Under the pieces are notes generated by a model that saw nothing but the letters and a program-made list of their open reading frames with translations, did not search any database and had not been told where the DNA came from. 64,000 nt of DNA, taken from contig WGMR01000004.1 of the NCBI GenBank assembly GCA_016124955.1, positions 57,491 to 121,490 on the forward strand, read 5' to 3'. A program made the translations under genes and the position numbers. The DNA comes from Alphaproteobacteria bacterium (GTDB lineage Bacteria > Pseudomonadota > Alphaproteobacteria > UBA9219 > RFNS01). Position 1 is the first letter of the stretch; the number at the start of each line of letters is the position of its first letter. Positions 20,537 to 30,382 of the stretch are shown piece after piece.

Positions 20537-20785
20537 TATGGTTTCCTTAAGTTTAATTAAGCGGACGATAACGGTTTGCTTGTGTAATGGCAAAAGCAAT
20601 GGCCGGAAATGAGTCGGTTCGATTTCGAAACAATATGCCTTAAATGAAAGGTAAAATTAACCAAGACTGTTTCGGAAGCGTATATTTTGCCATATTCATC
20701 AACTAGTTACCCAATTAATCCCTTGTTAAGAGATTTGCTGTCAAATTGATAATGTAGCGACATAAACCGGGCAGAGGTGGGGACC

Positions 20786-20968
20786 ATGCCAATTGTAAAT
20801 GTAGATGGAAACAGGTTGTCGGAAAGGGATCTGAGCGCCCTTGGCGCTGTTGAACAGGTTTCCTTCACTATGCGTCACCCTGACGGCCCTTTGCTTCGCT
20901 GGAAATATATGAACCAGGAAGAAACCTTGAAGAAATTGATCGACGAAGAATTTTGGGTGGAGGAATAA
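20786..20968 (+). CDS. small acidic hypothetical protein (60 aa) in an AT-rich island
   Basis: ATG with GAGGTG 9 nt upstream. Its stop overlaps the RBS of the next gene. Confidence 0.4.
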   Translation: MPIVNVDGNRLSERDLSALGAVEQVSFTMRHPDGPLLRWKYMNQEETLKKLIDEEFWVEE

Positions 20969-20971
20969 CAC

Positions 20972-21250
20972 ATGTCTTGGGCACCAACCGCTCGTATGGC
21001 AACCAAAGCCGGGCTTGTTCCTTGGAGACTTACTCAAACGGCATCGTCTGCTGTGGGTAGTGGCTTTGAATCGATAGGCTCTCTTCTGAAAGGCAAGCCC
21101 ATTACTGCCGTAAAGCAATTTGCAGGCGGCTTGGGCAAACTGTTCAGCGGTGTAGGCCGGGTGCTGCAGGGCACATCCCTTACACCAGGCAGAAATGCCA
21201 CGAATTCATTGCGTGACAGAAATCCAAAACTTCAGCCTGGAAGCGCATAG
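20972..21250 (+). CDS. small basic Gly/Lys-rich hypothetical protein (92 aa)
   Basis: ATG 3 nt after the previous stop, with GGAGGA RBS (translational coupling). FAGGLGKLFSGVG Gly-zipper-like segment. Confidence 0.4.
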   Translation: MSWAPTARMATKAGLVPWRLTQTASSAVGSGFESIGSLLKGKPITAVKQFAGGLGKLFSGVGRVLQGTSLTPGRNATNSLRDRNPKLQPGSA

Positions 21251-21276
21251 TTTCCAGAAATAGTGTGCAAATCAAA

Positions 21277-21310
21277 ACACGCGGGCCTCTCTCCCCCGCG
21301 TGTTTTTTTC
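21277..21310 (+). terminator. rho-independent terminator
   Basis: ACACGCGGG-cctctctcc-CCCGCGTGT followed by TTTTTTT. Confidence 0.6.
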
Positions 21311-21344
21311 AGAAACAGAAAATTTTTCTGCTAAGGAAATAAAA

Positions 21345-21515
21345 ATGGCTCTTCCGGCGATCGCAGCAAAAGCCGCCATGTTTGCGGTAAAGCACCCGAA
21401 AGTTACCGCGGCTGTGCTCAAATTCGCGGGCAAATCCATAGCAAAGCGAATGGGTGGCAGCGCCACAAAACCCGCTGCCAGATTCGGCGCCCGCGGCCCT
21501 AAATTTACATCGTAA
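21345..21515 (+). CDS. small Lys/Ala-rich amphipathic hypothetical protein (56 aa)
   Basis: Strong RBS (AAGGAAATAAAAATG). KHPKVTAAVLKFAGKSIAK resembles KGKPITAVKQFAGGLGK of the preceding 92-aa protein. Confidence 0.45.
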   Translation: MALPAIAAKAAMFAVKHPKVTAAVLKFAGKSIAKRMGGSATKPAARFGARGPKFTS

Positions 21516-21527
21516 TAGCCTAAGAAT

Positions 21528-21890
21528 TTATTTGGCCAGCATCGGCCCCAAAGGTTTCCCGGCAAGTATGTGAATGTGGAAGTGCGGCACTTCCTGGTGC
21601 GCGTTGGCCCCGTGGTTGGCGATCAGGCGGTAACCGCCCGGCACAGCGCCGGCATCGCGCGCCATCTTGCCGACCGCGCGCCAAAAACCTTCGATCTCCT
21701 CCGCGCTGGCGGACGCGCTGAAATCGTCCAGCGAAACATAGGATCCCTTCGGTATCACAAGTATGTGCGTGGGCGCTTGCGGGTTGATATCGGGGAACGC
21801 GAGCGCGAAACCGTCTTCGAACAGTTTCTTGCACGGTATCTCGCCGCGCAGTATTTTCGCGAACACATTGTTGCTGTCGTAGGCCATCAC
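21528..21890 (-). CDS. HIT-family (histidine triad) protein
   Basis: ...APTHILVIPK... and HxHxHxx (VPHFHIHIL) histidine-triad motif. Confidence 0.8.
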   Translation of the reverse strand: MMAYDSNNVFAKILRGEIPCKKLFEDGFALAFPDINPQAPTHILVIPKGSYVSLDDFSASASAEEIEGFWRAVGKMARDAGAVPGGYRLIANHGANAHQEVPHFHIHILAGKPLGPMLAK

Positions 21891-21902
21891 GCCCTCCGTC
21901 CG

Positions 21903-22625
21903 TTATTTGGTTTTTGCGAGCGCTTCCTTGGGGTCGATGCGACCGTCATACAAGGCGCGGCCGATGATTGCGCCCGCAATGCCGGCCTTTTCCTGTTTCT
22001 TCAGCTCTTCAAGGTCGTTCAGGCTGGCGACGCCCCCGGAAGCGATCACGGGCGTCGTGAGCGCGAAAGCAAGATCGACCGTGGCTTCAACATTCACGCC
22101 GCCCAAAGCGCCGTCGCGATCAATGTCGGTATAGATAATGGCGGAAACGCCGGCATCTTCGAAGCGCAGCGCGAGATCAAGCGCTTTCATCGCCGTATCT
22201 TCCGCCCAGCCTGAAACCGCCACGGTGCCGCTACGCGCATCGATCGCCACCGCGATCTTGCCCGGAAACTGGGCGCAGGCCTCTTTCACCAATTCCGGGT
22301 GACGCGCGGCGACGGTACCGAGCACGACGCGCGAAACGCCTTTTTGCAGCCAAGCTTCGATCAGCGCGATGTTACGAATGCCGCCGCCGAGCTGGACCGG
22401 GATCTTGACGTCGGCCAGAACCTCGTCCACCGCATCGCCGTTCACCGGCTTGCCCGCAAAGGCGCCGTTCAGGTCAACGATATGCAGCCATTCGAAGCCC
22501 TGCGCCGCGAACGCCCTGGCCTGCGCCGCCGGGTTGTTGCCGAATACGGTCGCTTGCTCCATGTCGCCATGCACGAGCCGTACGACATTGCCGTCCTTGA
22601 TATCGATCGAAGGGTACAGGATCAT
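21903..22625 (-). CDS. hisA: 1-(5-phosphoribosyl)-5-[(5-phosphoribosylamino)methylideneamino]imidazole-4-carboxamide isomerase
   Basis: [12 protein letters not shown]...VQLGGGIR...VIASGGV; HisA/HisF TIM-barrel signature. Confidence 0.9.
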   Translation of the reverse strand: MILYPSIDIKDGNVVRLVHGDMEQATVFGNNPAAQARAFAAQGFEWLHIVDLNGAFAGKPVNGDAVDEVLADVKIPVQLGGGIRNIALIEAWLQKGVSRVVLGTVAARHPELVKEACAQFPGKIAVAIDARSGTVAVSGWAEDTAMKALDLALRFEDAGVSAIIYTDIDRDGALGGVNVEATVDLAFALTTPVIASGGVASLNDLEELKKQEKAGIAGAIIGRALYDGRIDPKEALAKTK

Positions 22626-22720
22626 GGCGGCTTTTATAGCGGGTTTAGCGGGCTTGGCAAAGCCGGGCTTGTAATTTTCTTGCTCCGTTCCTATCTATGC
22701 AGGGCAACAAGGGAAGCCGC

Positions 22721-23287
22721 ATGTTCGACCATAACGACCCGTCCAAATGGTATGGCACTACCATCATTGCCATCCGCAAGGGTGGCACAGCCGTGATCGC
22801 GGGCGACGGGCAGGTTTCAATGGGACAAACCGTGATGAAAGCCAATGCCCGCAAGGTGCGGCGGCTGAAATCTGGTTCCGGCGGCAATGATGTGATCGCG
22901 GGCTTTGCCGGCGCCACGGCCGACGCCTTCGCCCTGTTCGAGCGGCTTGAGGGCAAGCTCGAAAAGCATCCGGGCCAGCTTCTGCGCGCCTGCGTCGAAA
23001 TGGCCAAGGATTGGCGCACCGATCGCTACCTGCGCCGTCTTGAAGCCCTGATGGCGGTGGCAGACGGCGAAACATCGCTGATCATCACCGGCACCGGCGA
23101 TGTGCTGGAACCCGAAGACGGCATCATCGGCATCGGTTCGGGCGGGCCTTACGCGCTCGCGGCCGCCCGCGCGCTGATGGATAACGAAAAGCTGGATGCC
23201 GAAGCGATCGCGCGGCGCGCGCTTTCGATCGCCGCCGATATCTGCGTCTATACCAACAACAACATCACTTTGGAAAAAATCGCGTGA
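22721..23287 (+). CDS. hslV: ATP-dependent protease subunit HslV
   Basis: ...[11 protein letters not shown]...GDGQVS...GSGG; AAGGGAAG RBS 5 nt upstream of the ATG at 22721 (the ORF-track start 22697 lacks an RBS). Confidence 0.9.
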   Translation: MFDHNDPSKWYGTTIIAIRKGGTAVIAGDGQVSMGQTVMKANARKVRRLKSGSGGNDVIAGFAGATADAFALFERLEGKLEKHPGQLLRACVEMAKDWRTDRYLRRLEALMAVADGETSLIITGTGDVLEPEDGIIGIGSGGPYALAAARALMDNEKLDAEAIARRALSIAADICVYTNNNITLEKIA

Positions 23288-24609
23288 CCGAACTATCTCC
23301 GCGCGAAATCGTCATCGAACTTGATCGCCACATCATCGGCCAGCAGGACGCGAAGCGCGCCGTCGCCGTCGCGTTGCGCAACCGCTGGCGGCGCCAGCAA
23401 TTGCCCGAAGGCCTGCGCGAAGAGGTTTTGCCCAAAAACATCCTGATGATCGGGCCCACCGGCGTCGGCAAGACCGAGATTGCCCGCCGCCTCGCCAAGC
23501 TGGCGCAGGCGCCCTTTATCAAGGTCGAAGCCACCAAATTCACCGAAGTCGGCTATGTCGGGCGCGATGTCGAACAGATTGTGCGCGACCTGGTCGAGGT
23601 TTCCCTGAAGCTCACGCGCGAAAAAATGCGCGCGGAGGTCGAGGCGCGGGCCAAGGCCAACGCGGAAGAGCGCGTGGTCGATGCGCTTGTGGGCGGCAGC
23701 GCCGCGCCGGAAACGCGCCAGAAATTCCGCGATAAATTGCGCGCGGGCGAGCTGAACGACAAGGAAATCGAAATTACGGTCACCGATAATGCGGGCGGCA
23801 CGCTGCCCACCTTCGATGTGCCGGGCATGCCGGGCGCGCAGATGGGCATGCTCAACCTCAACGATATTTTCGGCAAGGCCATGGGCGGGCGCACGCGTGC
23901 GCGCAAATGCACGGTGGCCGAGGCGCATGATATCCTTATGGCCGAAGAGTCCGACAAATTGCTCGATACCGATGCGCTGGCGAGCGAAGCGATCCGGAAT
24001 GTCGAACAAAACGGCATCGTGTTCCTCGACGAGATTGATAAAATCGCGGCGCGCAGCGACCATGTGCGCGGCGGCGGCGATGTCAGCCGCGAGGGCGTGC
24101 AGCGCGATCTGCTGCCGCTGATCGAGGGCACCTCGGTCAGCACCAAATACGGTACAGTGCAAACCGATCATATCCTCTTCATCGCTTCGGGCGCGTTCCA
24201 TCTTGCCAAGCCATCCGATTTGCTGCCCGAATTGCAAGGCCGCCTGCCGATCCGGGTCGAGCTTGCCTCGCTTTCGCGCGACGATTTTCGCCGTATCCTG
24301 ACCGAGCCGGAAGCCAGCCTGATCACGCAATACAAGGCGCTTCTGGCGACCGAAGGCATAACGCTGACATTCGAGCCCGCCGCGATCGACGAGCTCGCCG
24401 GCCTTGCCGCCAATGTCAATCAGAGCGTCGAGAATATCGGCGCCCGGCGGCTGCATACGGTGCTTGAAAAGCTGCTCGAGGATATCAGTTTCGATGCCGG
24501 CGATCCGGCGAAGGGCGGCCCGAAATCCATCGCCATCACCGCGGGTGACGTAAAGGAAAAACTGGCGGCGCTGACGCAAAACGCCGACCTGTCGAAATTT
24601 ATTCTCTAG
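23284..24609 (+). CDS. hslU: ATP-dependent protease ATPase subunit HslU
   Basis: [30 protein letters not shown]...[15 protein letters not shown]...; GTG start overlapping the hslV stop. Confidence 0.9.
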   Translation: MTELSPREIVIELDRHIIGQQDAKRAVAVALRNRWRRQQLPEGLREEVLPKNILMIGPTGVGKTEIARRLAKLAQAPFIKVEATKFTEVGYVGRDVEQIVRDLVEVSLKLTREKMRAEVEARAKANAEERVVDALVGGSAAPETRQKFRDKLRAGELNDKEIEITVTDNAGGTLPTFDVPGMPGAQMGMLNLNDIFGKAMGGRTRARKCTVAEAHDILMAEESDKLLDTDALASEAIRNVEQNGIVFLDEIDKIAARSDHVRGGGDVSREGVQRDLLPLIEGTSVSTKYGTVQTDHILFIASGAFHLAKPSDLLPELQGRLPIRVELASLSRDDFRRILTEPEASLITQYKALLATEGITLTFEPAAIDELAGLAANVNQSVENIGARRLHTVLEKLLEDISFDAGDPAKGGPKSIAITAGDVKEKLAALTQNADLSKFIL

Positions 24610-24612
24610 CCG

Positions 24613-25236
24613 CTAAATAGCGAGATTGTTGGAAAGCGTGCCCCGGTTTAAATGCCATACCGGCGAAGGGCGCTTGAACTTGCGCGCAACCGCGATCAGC
24701 GGCAAACGCGAAGCCGCATAGGTGAAAGGCAGCCCGCGCGCGGGGTCGTCGGCCAGCGCCGGGTTTTTCGTGCGCCTCAATATCTCCCGCGCCGTCAAAA
24801 TCTCGACGCCGCTGATCTCGCCCTTCGTGTTGCGCAGCTGCGTATCGCGGTCGATGGCGGTCAGCGGTTTCGCGCGGCGCGTATATTCGCGCATCGAAAG
24901 CTTATAGACACAGGTGTGCTGGTGTACGTTGCGGTATTGCGGGTTATCGGGCTTGTAAAAGCTTTCGCCCAGAAGTTTCAGCTGTCTTGGATTGACATCC
25001 GGCAAGGCGGGCTTGCCGCGCGCATCCCTGACCTCTTCGCCCATTTCGCGCACGGCGGCGACGCGCATGTCGTTGTTGTCTTCGGGGTCCGCAAGGCCGC
25101 CGGGGTTGCCGTACCTGCCGTCCGCGTGCCGGATCAGCACGAAACGCGCCGATTTCCACATTATCCACGGCTTGTAATACAGGATGCAGGAAGATCCCTT
25201 GATCGCGCCTTCATATGTTTCGGATTCGACGAACAT
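24613..25236 (-). CDS. NUDIX-like hydrolase-domain protein (divergent)
   Basis: GNPGGLADPEDNNDMRVAAVREMGEEV approximates the Nudix box Gx5Ex7REUxEExGU; the remainder is unrecognised. Ends 4 nt after the hslU stop (convergent). Confidence 0.45.
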   Translation of the reverse strand: MFVESETYEGAIKGSSCILYYKPWIMWKSARFVLIRHADGRYGNPGGLADPEDNNDMRVAAVREMGEEVRDARGKPALPDVNPRQLKLLGESFYKPDNPQYRNVHQHTCVYKLSMREYTRRAKPLTAIDRDTQLRNTKGEISGVEILTAREILRRTKNPALADDPARGLPFTYAASRLPLIAVARKFKRPSPVWHLNRGTLSNNLAI

Positions 25237-25284
25237 GCCGGCACTATCCTTGGCATGGCCGCCGCTGGCAATTATTTTCTATGG

Positions 25285-25866
25285 TTAACGCGCCGCCGCA
25301 AGCCGCGCGCGGCGGGCCATGATCACGGCAACGAGCACGCTGTTGGCCGCAATCAGCGCGGCGGGGTACAGCGCGGTGGTGAGCGAATAGACGCTGATTG
25401 CGGCAATCGATGCGATATGTTTGGCGTTGCTGATCACGTAATGCAGCGCCATTTCCTCGCGCGGCCTTGCCCACGATTTGCGCAGTGTCGGCCCGTAGCC
25501 GAGCAGATCGACGGCAGTTACAAGCAGCACGGCAGCCAGCGGCTCGTCGGTCGCGGCCCAGAGCGGAATGGCGGCCAGCGCAGCCGCAAGAAAAGCCCAG
25601 TCGCTGCGCGTAATGTTTTTCTCGCCGCCGTACAGCGCCATCGCGGCAATGACGATGCAAAAACCCGCGCTACAGGCCGTGGCCCAGTATCCCGGCCCGG
25701 CCGCGCCCGCATATTGCGCGGCAGCGGCGATGCTCATCAAAAGGCTCCAGATCGCCCACGAAAAAACATGCGGGCGGTTGCTGCCGCGCCATGTCATCCA
25801 TACATAAGGCGCATAGGCCGCCACCGTGAGCAGCAGCGAAAGATAGCCGAAAAGGCCCTTATCCAT
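25285..25866 (-). CDS. hypothetical integral membrane protein (~6 TM)
   Basis: Hydrophobic segments throughout; start taken at MDKGLFGYLSLLL; overlaps the smr stop by 8 nt. Confidence 0.5.
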   Translation of the reverse strand: MDKGLFGYLSLLLTVAAYAPYVWMTWRGSNRPHVFSWAIWSLLMSIAAAAQYAGAAGPGYWATACSAGFCIVIAAMALYGGEKNITRSDWAFLAAALAAIPLWAATDEPLAAVLLVTAVDLLGYGPTLRKSWARPREEMALHYVISNAKHIASIAAISVYSLTTALYPAALIAANSVLVAVIMARRARLAAAR

Positions 25867-26407
25867 CGCGCCCCGCCCGTTTCTGCCCGCGGCGCAGCAC
25901 GACATAAAGCGCGCCGTTGCCGCCGTGACGCGGCGCGGCGGGTTCGGCGCCGATAACCGATTGCATGAATTCCGGCGCGCGCAGCCAGCGCGGCACGTCC
26001 GCGCGCAAAACGCCGCTCTTGCCCGTAATCACAAGCACGCAGCGCATAGCGCCGCGCCGGGCGATGGCGATAAAATGTTTCAAGGCTTCATAGGCTTCCG
26101 GGCGCGTCATGCCGTGCAGATCGATGCGCGCTTCAAGCGGCACGCGCCCGACCCGTAATTTTTTAACGATGTTGCGGTCAAGCTGCCAGCCGCGATCGTC
26201 CGCCGTCACGGCAATATGCACGCGCGGCACGTTCTTGTGCTGGAAACTGTCCGGATCGGGCACGATGGCCGGGCCGGCGCCTTGCCGGCGCGGGGCGGGC
26301 CGGGGCTTCTTTGCCGTTTCCGTTTTTTTGCGCGCGTCCGCGCCGCGCTTCAACGGCTTGATGCCGCGCGCGTATTCCCGCCAGAACCGTTCGTCTTTTT
26401 CATCCAT
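25859..26407 (-). CDS. Smr-domain protein
   Basis: C-terminal Smr domain (LDLHGMTRPEAYEALKHFIAIARRGAMRCVLVITGKS), with the disordered basic N-terminus typical of alphaproteobacterial Smr proteins adjacent to mltA. Confidence 0.7.
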   Translation of the reverse strand: MDEKDERFWREYARGIKPLKRGADARKKTETAKKPRPAPRRQGAGPAIVPDPDSFQHKNVPRVHIAVTADDRGWQLDRNIVKKLRVGRVPLEARIDLHGMTRPEAYEALKHFIAIARRGAMRCVLVITGKSGVLRADVPRWLRAPEFMQSVIGAEPAAPRHGGNGALYVVLRRGQKRAGRDG

Positions 26408-26583
26408 GCAGCCAACCACGAATTCTCTACGACTCGCCCCATATTCAATATGCGGTACAATGCTTTATAAAAGCACGGTTTTTGTGCCGTATAGTTAACG
26501 TCTGCGTTTGTTTTTTAGTTTCTTCGCTCCATGATACGATTAAAATGAAGCCCATATAACAACAGCTTTTAAAGAGGCAAAAA

Positions 26584-27114
26584 ATGAGCCGGAGCAACAT
26601 TGCCAAAGGCAAAATCATATCGGCAGACGTTATCGATGCCGTCGCTTTTTCTGCAAGCGGCCCCACCCATGTTACCGCTTATTCCACGGTCAAGCCCGGC
26701 ACGGATGGCGCGGTGAAAATGGTCGCGATCGAGCTAAGCAAGCGCACACCCGGGCGCGCCGTACTTGCTGCAAGCCTCGGCATAGCCGCCTTAGCTGCAT
26801 TCTCTATCGGCTTCTGGGCGCTCATTCCGGCAGCACTTGGTGTCGGCGCTTCCATCCTTACGGAAAGGCTTTCGCGCGAAAAAATCCTGCTTAGCCAGAA
26901 GGCGGTTGATGGTCTGATACAAAAAGAATATCCGGATCTCACGGAAGCGCATCCGGATCATGTCCCCTTAACTGTCGCCAGAAGGCTTGTCGGCAATCGC
27001 GTCACGCTCGAAACCTCCGCCCCCAATGATACGTCGGAAAATGGCGGCGTATGGGAAAATTTCGGCAGCAAGCTTGGCTATCGCCGTGTCGCCGCTAGTT
27101 TGAAATTCGGCTAA
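26584..27114 (+). CDS. hypothetical protein with one central TM segment
   Basis: ORF after an AT-rich 150 bp upstream region, RBS AAAGAGG. No family recognised. Confidence 0.4.
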   Translation: MSRSNIAKGKIISADVIDAVAFSASGPTHVTAYSTVKPGTDGAVKMVAIELSKRTPGRAVLAASLGIAALAAFSIGFWALIPAALGVGASILTERLSREKILLSQKAVDGLIQKEYPDLTEAHPDHVPLTVARRLVGNRVTLETSAPNDTSENGGVWENFGSKLGYRRVAASLKFG

Positions 27115-28289
27115 CGCGCCGCGTTCTTCGGCACCAGCATCCAATAACCGCCGCGGCTTTGCATGACGCCCGCCATTTCCTCGGCGCGCGCGCCATGGCC
27201 CCAGAACAAATCGCCGCGCACGGGCCCCTTGATCGCGCCGCCCGTATCTTGCGCTATCACCAGCCTTTGAATGCGCATGCCCGGCCCTTCAGGGCTTTCG
27301 ATATCGAGCCAGAGCGGCGTGCCGTAGGCGATGAAGTGACGATCGACCGCCGCGCTGCGCAGCGGCGTCAATACGACGCCCTGCGCGCCCACCGCGCCTT
27401 CGGCTTCGCGTTCTTCGAAAAACACATAAGATTCGTTTTTGTTCATCACGCTCTGCGCGGTCTGCGGGTTGGCGGAAAGCCAGGCGCGGATTTTCTGCAT
27501 CGTGATTTTTTCGTCTTCCGCGAACAGCCCGTCATCGCGCATCGCGCGGCCGACCGCGGTATAAGGGTGCCCGTTCTGGATCGCATAGCCGGCATGCATG
27601 ACCGTGCCGTCATCGAGTTCGATACGGCCTGAACCCTGTATTTCAAGGAAAAAGGCGCCGACCGGGTCATCCACCCATGCCAGCGCGCGCGCCGGCACGC
27701 CCAAGGCCGCAATCTCCGCCCGCTTGGCATAGGGCACGAATATCTTGCCTTTCGCATCCTGCTGCACGCGGCCCGTAACGCGCTGCCCCGCAAGGCTATC
27801 GAGGAACAAGCCAAGATCGGCGGTCACAAGATCGTCCGGGCGGGCGTAAAGCGGGTATTGATAAGGCCCGCCGCGCATGCGCGCGCCGCGCAGCGAAGGT
27901 TCGTAATACCCCGTGAAAAGCCCGTCCGCATCGCCGTTGCTGGTGGCACGCATGGGCGTGAAATAGGTTTCAAAATACGCGCGCGCGGCTTCGCCGTCAC
28001 CCGCCGGCACAGCTTCAAGCGCCGCGCAGGGCACGAGCCAATCGGCAACTTTCCCGGCTGCGCCGAAATCCTGCGCCGGATCCTTGCGCGCAACCAGCGC
28101 GCATGATTTTTGCAAGGGTTCAAGCGCTTCCGCCGTATTATCAGCGCGCCAGCCGGGCAATTGCGCGAAGCTTGCGGGTTGTAAAATCAATGCTTCGGGC
28201 TGCGGGCCTTTCGGCACCTGCGCGCAAGCGGCCACAAACAAAAGCGCCGCAAGGGCAATATGGCGCGGCGATGCAGGGGATGGTCGCAC
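27111..28289 (-). CDS. mltA: membrane-bound lytic murein transglycosylase A
   Basis: Lipobox FVAAC; MltA 3D-domain motifs (FFLEIQGSGRI..., GAIKG...DLFWG). Confidence 0.85.
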   Translation of the reverse strand: MRPSPASPRHIALAALLFVAACAQVPKGPQPEALILQPASFAQLPGWRADNTAEALEPLQKSCALVARKDPAQDFGAAGKVADWLVPCAALEAVPAGDGEAARAYFETYFTPMRATSNGDADGLFTGYYEPSLRGARMRGGPYQYPLYARPDDLVTADLGLFLDSLAGQRVTGRVQQDAKGKIFVPYAKRAEIAALGVPARALAWVDDPVGAFFLEIQGSGRIELDDGTVMHAGYAIQNGHPYTAVGRAMRDDGLFAEDEKITMQKIRAWLSANPQTAQSVMNKNESYVFFEEREAEGAVGAQGVVLTPLRSAAVDRHFIAYGTPLWLDIESPEGPGMRIQRLVIAQDTGGAIKGPVRGDLFWGHGARAEEMAGVMQSRGGYWMLVPKNAAR

Positions 28290-28298
28290 TTGTATGCT

Positions 28299-29012
28299 CT
28301 ATGAACGGGTTTCAACCAAAAGCCAGTTCGGATCGCCCGATTTCACATCGCGCGCGAAAGTCCAGCTATCTTCGACTTCCTCGGCCTTGCCGGGCAGGCC
28401 CGCCACAACATTACCTGCGGCGTCGCGCGTTACATTGATCTGGTCGCTCACATATTTCACGGTCAGAAGCGCGCGCGTGCCTTCAAGCTTCGCGCGCGCG
28501 AGATCGGCGTCGCGAATGTTCTTGATCTCGGTTTCCTGTCTTTCGCCCGCCTTCTGGCGTTCCTGCACCGCCTGTTCGAACTGCGCGAAAACGCGCGAGG
28601 AAAGCAGCGGCTTCAAAACCTTCAGCTCGCCCGCCGCAAAGGCGGAAACGATCATGCCGAAAGCGCTGCGCGCGCCCGCAAGAAAAGCCTTTTCGTCAAA
28701 CGAAGGATCGGCGGCGGTGATGGCCTCGATCCCGCCGATAAGGCTTTCGGGCGCGGCCTTGAAAGCGGGCAGCGCGCGCGGCCGGTCGAACTTTTCGGAG
28801 CGAATTACGTTTTCCTCGTCATCGCCCAAATTGCCGTCCCGCGCGCCGTCATCCTTTTCGGCTTTCTTATCCTTGCCTGCGCCGCGCGAAGGGGCAGAAA
28901 ACGGGTTCGGGCGCTGCTCCTCGCCGTCATTGCGGCGGCCAAGGATCGCGCGCAACTTGAATATGAGCACGGCCGCAACAAGGGCAAAGACAATGATATC
29001 GAGATAAGCCAT
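28299..29012 (-). CDS. Tim44-like domain protein
   Basis: N-terminal TM (MAYLDIIVFALVAAVLIF), acidic linker and C-terminal Tim44-like domain. Divergent from secB as in many alphaproteobacteria. Confidence 0.75.
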   Translation of the reverse strand: MAYLDIIVFALVAAVLIFKLRAILGRRNDGEEQRPNPFSAPSRGAGKDKKAEKDDGARDGNLGDDEENVIRSEKFDRPRALPAFKAAPESLIGGIEAITAADPSFDEKAFLAGARSAFGMIVSAFAAGELKVLKPLLSSRVFAQFEQAVQERQKAGERQETEIKNIRDADLARAKLEGTRALLTVKYVSDQINVTRDAAGNVVAGLPGKAEEVEDSWTFARDVKSGDPNWLLVETRS

Positions 29013-29215
29013 GACACCCTGAGATCTTGCGCGCCGCATGGGCCGGGAAGCGGGATACGCCTGATTAATGCGCCAGCGGCGCGGCTTTTTCAAGAGGGCA
29101 GCGCGCATACGCGTGCGCGGCGCGGCAAAGCGGCGGCCATTAAAGAGGTTGCCGCTGCGCAAGCACCATGTTACCCCCTGCTTATCGAAGCCGGAAGCAG
29201 GATAGGAGCCACGCC

Positions 29216-29692
29216 ATGAACGATACGCCCGCAGGCGCAGCAGGCAGCAACGTGCCGCAACAAATGACGGTCAACGCCCAGTATATGAAGGATTTTTCCT
29301 TCGAAAGCCCGTCCGCGCCGCGCATCTTCGGCGAACAGCCGAACGCCGAGCCGCGCGTGGAGGTGAACGTGAACGTCACCTCGCAGCCGCTGGCGGAAAA
29401 TGTCTATGAAGTGGCGCTGCGCCTGAAGACGGAATCGAAAATCGGGGATAAAACCGCGTTCATTTGCGATCTTACCTATGCATGCATCGCCACCATGCCG
29501 GCGATGGCGGAGCCTCAGCTGCGCGCGGCTTTGATGGTCGAATGCCCGCGGCTGCTGTTCCCGTTCGCGCGCGCGATCATTGCCGACGCGGTACGCGAAG
29601 GCGGGTTTCCGCCCTTGATGCTGGCGCCGGTCGATTTTGCCGGCATGCTGCGGCAAAACGAGGCGCAGGCAAGAAGCGCGGCCAACGCGTAG
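29216..29692 (+). CDS. secB: protein-export chaperone SecB
   Basis: QQMTVNAQYMKDFSFESPSAPRIF... matches the SecB N-terminus; GGAG RBS. Confidence 0.85.
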   Translation: MNDTPAGAAGSNVPQQMTVNAQYMKDFSFESPSAPRIFGEQPNAEPRVEVNVNVTSQPLAENVYEVALRLKTESKIGDKTAFICDLTYACIATMPAMAEPQLRAALMVECPRLLFPFARAIIADAVREGGFPPLMLAPVDFAGMLRQNEAQARSAANA

Positions 29693-29719
29693 CATATAAG
29701 CGCGACGATCACCGCCGCC

Positions 29720-29815
29720 TCAGGCCAGCACGGCGCCGGCGACAAGGCACAGCGCAAGGGTGCAAACAACAAACAATACGGGCACATGCGCGGACGCGCG
29801 TTTCACGCTTTCCAT
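29720..29815 (-). CDS. possible small hydrophobic peptide (31 aa)
   Basis: MESVKRASAHVPVLFVVCTLALCLVAGAVLA with GGAG 6 nt upstream. Unverified sORF. Confidence 0.2.
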   Translation of the reverse strand: MESVKRASAHVPVLFVVCTLALCLVAGAVLA

Positions 29816-29974
29816 CGTTATCTCCATCAAACAGACGGGCTATGCAAGTTTCCGGTGCGGGGCGGAACAATGACCCCGCGTTTCATCAAGCTATAAAACG
29901 GTTATAGCGCATTTGTGCTAAAATTTTCTGAGTTTTTGGTTACCGGAATCTTACTTTGTCTTTTTTTCCGGTTG

Positions 29975-30382
29975 CTATCGCGGGGAGCCGAAACGCAAAT
30001 CCACCGTGCTCGGCGCTTTTTGCAAATAGATTTTATAACGGAAGGAAACGCCGGGCTCCATCGGATCAAGCACGTCGTTCAAAATAATGCGGTTGCCGTG
30101 CTGGCTGTAGGTCAGCTCGCGCCCGCGCTCGAGATCGAGCTGCGGCAGCAAGTCGTGGTGGCGGTTGCTGTAGGCGGCGCGCGTACCGTTGCCGCCGTCC
30201 ATCATGGTCGATGCACTCGGCCCGCTTTTGAAATCGGGCACGACCTTGGGGTCGATCCAGGCATAGGGTTTTTCGGGGCCGGTGCTGTCGGTCCAGGCTT
30301 GGGCGGCGGGCGCGAACAGCAGAAACGCAAAAAATAACAAAAGGGAGACGGCCGCGGCGGGCGCCGCAAGCTTTTCATGCAT
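29975..30382 (-). CDS. secreted hypothetical protein (signal peptide ...LLFAPAAQA)
   Basis: ORF with a cleavable signal peptide. Several possible starts (30382, 30406, 30433). No family recognised. Confidence 0.45.
   Translation of the reverse strand: MHEKLAAPAAAVSLLLFFAFLLFAPAAQAWTDSTGPEKPYAWIDPKVVPDFKSGPSASTMMDGGNGTRAAYSNRHHDLLPQLDLERGRELTYSQHGNRIILNDVLDPMEPGVSFRYKIYLQKAPSTVDLRFGSPR

Noticed and set aside
20605-20630. tRNA-like GGTTCGA motif (gagtcGGTTCGATTTCGAAAC)
   Set aside because: Only a T-loop-like heptamer. No acceptor stem, D-arm or anticodon arm can be folded around it, so it is not a tRNA or tmRNA.
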